DNA from: Tubiluchus corallicola
Lineage: Eukaryota > Animalia > Priapulida
Reading direction: 5' to 3'
DNA: 64,000 nucleotides
Assembly (NCBI GenBank): GCA_030141605.1
Contig: JAQGDQ010000059.1
Span: 124,001-188,000 of the forward strand
Shown here: positions 40,800 through 64,000 of the stretch, piece after piece
Layout of the letters: the number at the start of each line of letters is the position of its first letter
How positions within the stretch are numbered: the stretch's first letter is position 1
Notes under the pieces: generated by a model
Told to the model about the DNA's origin: nothing
Seen by the model: only the letters and a program-made list of their open reading frames with translations
Databases searched by the model: none
Position numbers and translations under genes: made by a program

Positions 40800-41450
40800 C
40801 TAAGAAAAATAGATAAAATGATTGGGCATTTCCAAAATCATAACTTACAGAAACTGGCAATTCTATATGGTTTTATACAGTCGTCTGATGACAGAGTTTT
40901 GCCTAATGGCAGATATATAAATTTTATTATACCTAATAGAGATTTATAAATATATCTCTTATTATTCTACTTTTCTTGTCTAAAAACATATATTTCAAGA
41001 ACACATTTTTTCAACTGTTAGCATTTGCACTCATCATATAAAAGTCCAAGAGCAGCCTGACTATTTTCCTGAATCAAGTTTTTAATTATAAATTCACATC
41101 TTTTAATTATTAAAATGCTTGCTTTTTTCTTGCTTAAGAATAGAATTACGAATAGTACAATTGTGCACTCCCACAATGACCATTAGATGCGGCGGCCATT
41201 TTGATGGTGAGTGTTTGAAATACGTTAGATAACATATGCATAAAATTTTACAAAATAATCAGAGCATGCGTATCACACTCTTCAGTAACTAAGCAAAAGT
41301 ATAGATTACTTATTGTGAATAAGATCAGTAATGTGTTTTTAGTGAGCCAGTGAAGATATATAGTGAGCTTTTACCAGTTGGCACAAACATTTTAAAATGT
41401 TAAGAATTTTCTTTTCTAGTTACACAAGTCTTTTAAGCAGGTAAGCGTAA
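40800..41450. promoter_or_regulatory. Putative bidirectional promoter furry/EXOC7 with YY1-type motif and EXOC7 5' UTR exon donors
   Basis: GGCGGCCATTTT (41191-41202); plus-strand donors ATG|GTGAGT (41207) and CAG|GTAAGC (41441); divergent genes on either side. Confidence 0.5.
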
Positions 41451-41502
41451 TGCTAAGTTTTTTTTGGGATCTACTTTAAAATTCTCTTTTCGTCCCCTTT
41501 AA

Positions 41503-43063
41503 CCACTTCACTGCCCCTATGAAAAAAATTCCCCAGTCATGAAAATGTTATTTTAGCTGGTCTGTATAATGAGACTGTACCATAATGCTTGACTCCTTCC
41601 AGGTGGGGTAACATACATTTACCCATCATCTGTGACTGGTAAGAACAATTCCTTATTAACTACGGTCTCCACTCTCCAAATTTAATGAAATTTCGAAAAG
41701 AAGCTGATGACATGCAAGTAAATTATAGGAGAACAAAACAAATTCTGTTGTATTCCTCATTTTCAGTCTTTAGGGATGTTTTTACCTAATGGACAAAAAT
41801 TTGCTTTGTGCTCATACAACATCTCAGTGTAGCAGCGAAGGTAGAACAGCCCTGCACTGATTAGCACAGGCTATTATTAGCATGCCACGATAAACTTTAT
41901 TGTCATATGGGTGTGTTCATGAAATGTAAAAACAGTAAGCACTAACAGTGAGCAGTGCTCTGAACAGTGAACATGGTTGAATGTTATCATGCTTTTGAGC
42001 ATACAATACGAGGACTGGAAAAGTGCTTGTGCTTGTGCTTCTTGAAATTTTGAACAATTTCACACAGCTTCATTTATCACTTGGCTAGCAATCAGTTACA
42101 GTGTATAGCAACTAGTGGTAATTTCTGTACATTTTGCTTATTGAAAATACTGTAGACACAACCAAACTTTCAGCCTGTGAAAAATCTGTTGTAATTAAAC
42201 TACTAACCCTGCTGGAAGTGCAGGCTATCAATTCAACAGCAGCGCAGGGTAGGCTCACCCGCAACAAGCGTTGCATTCCTGTACAAATTGCATAATATCA
42301 TAGTGCGTTTGAACAGCTGTCAAATGTACAAACTTAGAGTGATTTGATTACTTTTTGCAAAATTAAACACAGAAGGGAATGCTTCACAGTTTCTATATTG
42401 GACAGTTTTAGATACAAACTAGATCACTTGGAAGATAAAAAGGCTATCAAATGAAACACTGTGAAATATTAGCAAACTTTTCCAATTATTGTGATAATTA
42501 CTCCGTTGAATGAAAAAATAAGCATTAAATAGAGTGCTAGAAAGAAAATTTATACCGTCTCAAAAAGCGTATAGGCTTGCACTAGTATCTCATATAGTTA
42601 AGCCTTTAGAGGCAGTTTTATTCAATATTGACAAAACCACCTAAATACTCTTATAGTGGTGCTATCCTCAGTTGGCCAAAAAGTTAATATGCAGGCCACA
42701 AAACATGGGCAAAACTTGCAGAAAAGATTGATGTAATTGATGAATGTGTTCTGCAGTTTGCTGTGTTGGAATACCATAGGAAAACAAAACTATTAAAATG
42801 AACAATGATCAAGATAGTGTTGAAGCAAACGGTAGTACTCGTGATGGTAAAGGACAGCAGTAGCGGTGGTAGCACCAGAAGTTATTGCAGTGTCGACAGC
42901 CTTGGTAGTACTAGTAGCAATGATACTTTTGGCAGCAAAATTGGTGGCGACATAGCAAAACTTGCAAGTAATCTGTAGTGGTAGTAGCCAGCAGTAACGT
43001 TTCCATTTCTTAAAATATTATCGCAACGCTAGCCACGACGCAAATTGCCCGGCAGTGAAGAGG
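41503..43063. mobile_element. piggyBac-type non-autonomous element (~1.56 kb)
   Basis: TTAA (41499-41502) + CCACTTCACTGCC ... GGCAGTGAAGAGG + TTAA (43064-43067): 12/13 TIR match with TTAA target duplication; no transposase ORF. Confidence 0.8.
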
Positions 43064-43079
43064 TTAATGATATGATTAA

Positions 43080-43509
43080 AGCATCTTTAATGTCAGTCAC
43101 ATTTTTTCACAAGCTTCAGCGCGCTCAGCGGTTTATTCTTTAATTACCTAAAACGATCTTGCGACCAAGATCAAACTCAGCAGATCTCAAATAACAATAA
43201 CGAGAATAATTTTCAATGAAAAAGCAAACAATAACCAAATTTGATGCGATAAACGAAAAAATTGCACAAACCCAAAATTTTTGCTTCCCAATTTTTCTAT
43301 TTCCTGAATGGCAATATGCGCAATCACCTGAAATGTTAACATCTTTAAGGAAAGAATTCTTTTAACAAAGGTAGCGCATATTGCTGACAAATGTCGCCAC
43401 AAAAATAGTTGGAAACTACGTGGTAGATGATTTACAACTGCAAGTTTCAGGTGTTAGTATGTATATGATTACACATAATTGCAAATTTGCCATTTAACGT
43501 AAATGATGC
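43080..43509. mobile_element. TTAA-flanked MITE (Kolobok-like, tentative)
   Basis: TTAA-AGCATCTTTAATGT ... ACGTAAATGATGC-TTAA imperfect inverted ends. Confidence 0.4.
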
Positions 43510-44275
43510 TTAAGCTCACGCTGAAATACAGTTTCGGCTTAAGCTGTTGAGCCAAAGTGTAAAGTATGCATATACTGATCATATGATTATGAATGATATA
43601 TATAGATTAGATGTGATCAAATATTCAACAATATGACAAATTTAATGTTTATGAATACTTAAGTAGTTTTGACAGTCTTGCGCAGAATTGCTAGTAGTCT
43701 GCAGTACTAATTGTCTACAGTAGTTAGGTAAATATAAGCATTTCCCGAAAAATAACATTTCTCACCAACTGTCTAAAGTAAAGCTGAGTAAAGGGTAATG
43801 ATAAACCACAGTAGTAGGCCTAGTTACATTTTTTGAACATGCTTACATTTACATGCTAATCATCATTCATCTGGATACATGTTGTGCATTTACATTTTGT
43901 CTTATTGTGTGAAAATACTTCACTAGTAAAAACTTTTATATCATACTTAAATATTTTGTTTGTACTTGACAGTACGAAAGGCTTTGACTTTATCCTTCAA
44001 AAATTGCCACTGCATTAGGAAAGAGTTAAGGATGTATAAATTTTATAAACAAAAAATGTCTTCTGATTTTCTTAAATTGTGATACTTATTACTTGTTATA
44101 TAGTAAATTATTGTTTTTCAGAATCGACGACTAAGAAGTAAAGCTCTAGTATTATCTTAATTTGCAGCATGTTGGTGAGCTTTATCACCTGAGAATTTAA
44201 CTTACTTTAGTCACATTGCCCTTGAAAGTAGACAACTTTCACTTAAATTGTTCCCGTTTCTTCCCTTGGTAACTG

Positions 44276-60301
<16,026 letters not shown>

Positions 60302-60379
60302 TCTTTTAACAATTTTACTTTTTATCTAATTTAGCATGAAAAGTGATTGCAAAATGCTTACAAATGTAAAACATTTAAG

Positions 60380-60385
60380 AATAAA
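60380..60385 (+). terminator. Candidate EXOC7 polyadenylation signal (a second AATAAA at 61158-61163)
   Basis: AATAAA 79 nt after the stop codon. Confidence 0.4.
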
Positions 60386-62243
60386 CTACCGTACTGTGTT
60401 GTATAATAATTAATATAAGGTTGAGGTGATGCAAAGCTTATGAATTTCATTATGAATTGCTGAACACATATAATATATATTTGTTTTTAAATTTGTCTAT
60501 TGAAATACTAATCGATATTCTTAAAAATGTTGTCTACAGGTGCATTTATAACAAAGTGCGGCACTTAGCAAATGTATGTTTGTTACAAATCTAGGTACAA
60601 TGTACATTGCTGTATTTAAATGTCTAGCAGTATTAATTGTTCCTTTATTAACATTCCACAGATAAAATGCGTTTATTTTTAATTGGTCTAGATAACTCTG
60701 ATAACTGCACCTTTGGCAAAAGCATACTGATAACTGCGTGATTAGTACAAGAAAAAAAAGCTCATCGTATGTTAGTTGCTTATTTTTTGAGAGATTTTAG
60801 GTTTTCTTTATTATTATTAATACTAAAATTTTCAATCCAGAAGAGGAGATTTAACTCAATCTTGTTGGAATGACTTGAGTTTCCTGCTATTATAAATCAC
60901 ACCTGCCAAGTCCTACAATATGCAGGACTTATGACATTAATATGTAACAACAACAACAACCATCGCCGCTGCTGCCACCACCAACACCAACAACATTAGT
61001 GTTATTAGTATGCTGACTAGTCAAGAAGGCAAATAGCACTCGAATGTGTTTCCAATCATAGACTTATTATTACAACAATTTACAATTTATTTACATGCAT
61101 ACTGTGCCCAGACATTAACCACATACCGTACGTTTCAAAAACAGTTTTGATAACTGGAATAAAACAATAACCAATTGTACATGCAATAGTAAACTACATT
61201 ACTTATAGCTTTGACAGATATGTTCAATTTCAAATGCTATCATTAAATTTTGTATTAGTAAAAGTTTTCATCTTGCACAGAGTTAGATTACCCTTACCAC
61301 AACTAAGTATATCTTCACAGTTACAGTACGACAATCTGAATGGTTTCTAATGGAAAAATAAAACTACTGGTTCTTCATATTAGACGTTTCAGCAATTGGT
61401 CTCTTACTCACCTATATTTTAGCACTCTATTGTAGGTCTAATAAAAACACCCACATGTTCTTGATGCTCATTTACGGTATGAATTGCAGTTTTGGCTGGG
61501 TGTATAGCATGTCCAGAGAATTAGTGATGGATCTCTAAACTGTATCTAAAGTCATCATATCATACTAAATATGAAAACGCTGTTAATCCAAGCATTTAAC
61601 ATTTCAATGTTCGAATTAGTGAGAACTCTGCATTACTATCTACTTAAAAAACTGTGCAGAAAATTAAAAGTAGTTCCCATTATGCACAAGCACTCCTGTA
61701 GTGAAATACTGAGCACAAAACATATTCTGCACTGCTGGGTGCGCAGCTGCACAATGTTTGCTTGTTAGGTAGCTTGACAGTATGTAATGCCTGAGTCAAT
61801 TACCCGGTGGATTTTGCATTTTGCTGTTGGCTTTCTGTGCTAAACAGTGGAAGTTCCATAACTGCTACAAATAGTGCATGAGCAACTTACAGCCTTCGCT
61901 ACCTACAGGAAAATAATCTCTCACAAACTGATAGAGAAAAGCTAGTGTGAAAATATTAAAACATTAATCACCCCAGTTTACAGTGCTCATTATCATTATA
62001 CATCATCATTTTGGTATAGAATTTCATTTAAATACTAATCACTAATATATATCTGTAATTAATATTCATTGTGGCACACATATTTACATTGTGGTGCTCA
62101 TAATTACAAAGTACCACCTCATAAATAGCTATATATCACAATCACTTTCATTAGCTTCAGGCAGTCTGGAATGTTTTGCTTTTCCATCAGATCTGCAAAA
62201 ATTGCCTTTGCTCTGATAGGCATTCAACAGGCATACTATGCCT

Positions 62244-63686
62244 TTAATGGCCAATTCCTAAGTCAGGTCTAAGTTTTTCTTGAGCAATTTCCTCTGGTGT
62301 CCTTTTGTTCAAGTTCACATCCACAAAATCATTTTGCACATTAACTGATTTACCATGCTCAGTCCGTGCTAAGGCCTTATTTATTTCTTGAACAGAATTT
62401 TCGACTTGCCGCCTTTCTATATTGTGACTTTGTTGGTGTACATCTAAACTGACATGTTTTTGATAAATATCTTGCTTATGTGGCTGGATTATATCTTTTT
62501 GGCCACCATGTAACTGTGATTCCTTAATGTTGGGTTGATTTTTGTAATATTGTTGTTGTTGTTGCTGCTGTTGATCGACAGGCTGCTCAGCAATAATTGA
62601 CCCTTGTGCTTGAACATTTGGTTGCTGCTGCAGATTTACATGTTCATGACCAATTGGATTCTGGCGTTGCTCTTGAAGAATGGGTTGTTGAAAAATGGCC
62701 TCTTGCTGCTGCTGTTGTTGGTGTGGAATAATTGGTTGCTGCACATACTGTTGCCCTTGATGAATAACCTGCTGTTGTTGCTGCTGATTTTGTGACAGTA
62801 CTGGTTGTTGAACATACAGCTGATCTTGCCGAACAAGTGGCTGTTGTTGTGGTTGTTGACGATTAACCGGCTCCTGTTGTTGTTGCAGAACTGGCAACTG
62901 CTGCTGTTGCAAAACTGGCTGTTGTTGTTGCTGTTGGTGAATTTCATATTGCCCCTGGTCACCTATTTGTTGTTGCGGTACATTGGACTGTACAACAATT
63001 GGTTGTTGTTGATGCTGCACAACATTTGGTTGTTGTTGCACAGCAACTGGTTGTTGGTGTTGTGGTGGCAGCTGCACAACAACTGGTTGTTGCTGCTGCT
63101 GCTGTTGTGGCACAACCTGCGGATTTTGCATACCACTTTGTTGTTGAAAAAGTTGTTGTTGATCCCTGATGAGATCTTGCTGCTGCATTTGACGAGCCTG
63201 TTCTTGTACTTTTGCCAGATTTTCTTCTGCTTCTTTTATGTCATGTTCCACATTATGCTTTTTCAATTCCTCTATGAGCTCCTTCTGCTCTTGTATAAGT
63301 TTATTCTGCTCTTGCTGGTGTCCCTCTAAAAATTCAATCAGTTTCTCTTGCTTCTTCTCTACCTCTTCTAACCTTTTCTCACTCTTCGTTTCTTCTTTTT
63401 TGTCCGTATCTTCCAGCAGCTTACTCTTAGAATCTTTCTTCCTAAGTTTTTGTTCACCTTCCTCACTAGACTTTTCCTCACGTTTTTTGACAGGCTTTGC
63501 TTCATCTTTCTCAGCAGTCTCTTCTACATCACCTCTGGTTTCATGAGGCTGCACTGACTTCTTTTCATCTTGTCGATGATCTTGATCACTCTTCTTATCA
63601 TTTGTGTTGGTATCTTTTACTTCATCAAGTTTTTCACTTTCGTTAGGTGCTTTTTCTACTTTGTCCTCTTTGCCAACATTGTTTTC
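62244..63686 (-). CDS. Terminal exon of a protein with E/K/D-rich region, coiled coil and long Q/P/V-rich tail (possibly SLC38A10-like C-terminal domain)
   Basis: 481 codons including stop, acceptor ttttgcag| at 63687. KKQEKLIEFLEGHQQEQNKLIQEQKELIEELKKH resembles the coiled coil I remember from SLC38A10 tails, but the transporter domain is outside the window, so identity is tentative. Confidence 0.8.
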   Translation of the reverse strand, partial: ENNVGKEDKVEKAPNESEKLDEVKDTNTNDKKSDQDHRQDEKKSVQPHETRGDVEETAEKDEAKPVKKREEKSSEEGEQKLRKKDSKSKLLEDTDKKEETKSEKRLEEVEKKQEKLIEFLEGHQQEQNKLIQEQKELIEELKKHNVEHDIKEAEENLAKVQEQARQMQQQDLIRDQQQLFQQQSGMQNPQVVPQQQQQQQPVVVQLPPQHQQPVAVQQQPNVVQHQQQPIVVQSNVPQQQIGDQGQYEIHQQQQQQPVLQQQQLPVLQQQQEPVNRQQPQQQPLVRQDQLYVQQPVLSQNQQQQQQVIHQGQQYVQQPIIPHQQQQQQEAIFQQPILQEQRQNPIGHEHVNLQQQPNVQAQGSIIAEQPVDQQQQQQQQYYKNQPNIKESQLHGGQKDIIQPHKQDIYQKHVSLDVHQQSHNIERRQVENSVQEINKALARTEHGKSVNVQNDFVDVNLNKRTPEEIAQEKLRPDLGIGH

Positions 63687-63931
63687 CTGCAAAAAGCATA
63701 AGTTATATTAAAAATGGCCCGAATAATGTCTCAGTCTGTATTTACTAACACTTTACTTGTGAATATGTTCATATGTTCACAAACTTCTTAAACAATATGG
63801 CAATAACACACTTATGGTAAAAATGCATTTATTTGTGACATGTTTTGTTAATTCTGACAAGTGTTGTACAAAATTACTTTGCTTTTAGATTTCGCAATAT
63901 TGTTACATAAGAAACTGAAATTTATAAATAC

Positions 63932-64000
63932 CTTATCTAAAATAGGGCCAGCTTCTGCATTGTCTATTGGAGCTTCAGGGATAACCGGCTCTTGTCTTTT
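63932..64000 (-). CDS. Penultimate exon (partial) of the same gene, KRQEPVIPEAPIDNAEAGPILDK
   Basis: Open frame of 23 codons ending AAG|GTATTT; phase 0 matches the acceptor at 63687. Confidence 0.75.

Noticed and set aside
62604-63546. Poly-Leu, poly-Asn and Ser/Phe-rich overlapping ORFs
   Set aside because: Alternative-frame and antisense shadows of the poly-Q exon.

Overview
AT-rich, intron-rich animal (invertebrate-like) nuclear DNA; I see no prokaryotic, CRISPR, rRNA or intact tRNA features. It holds four protein-coding genes. (1) The 5' part of furry (FRY/FRYL family) on the minus strand: one clearly conserved exon (76-371) and a series of candidate alternative first coding exons spread over about 40 kb (7.4, 22.6 and 40.7 kb strong; 28.1 and 37.5 kb weak), all ending in the phase needed to join the conserved exon. 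(2) An intronless, very basic 295-aa Ser/Arg/Lys protein with SPxK repeats (protamine-like/H1-tail-like) at 32294-33181, apparently nested in the furry 5' intron. (3) A complete 21-coding-exon exocyst subunit gene EXOC7/Exo70 on the plus strand (44276-60301, about 693 aa), head-to-head with furry. It has one or two U12-type-looking introns and an apparent mutually exclusive exon pair. (4) The last two exons of a convergent minus-strand gene with a charged/coiled-coil/poly-Q tail (SLC38A10-like, tentative). Introns contain many non-autonomous transposons (piggyBac, hAT, Tc1/pogo, foldback, MULE-like, Helentron-like), SINEs, LINE and Gypsy relics, and microsatellites. All gene models were read by eye from splice signals, frame arithmetic and remembered homology; no database search or RNA data were available.
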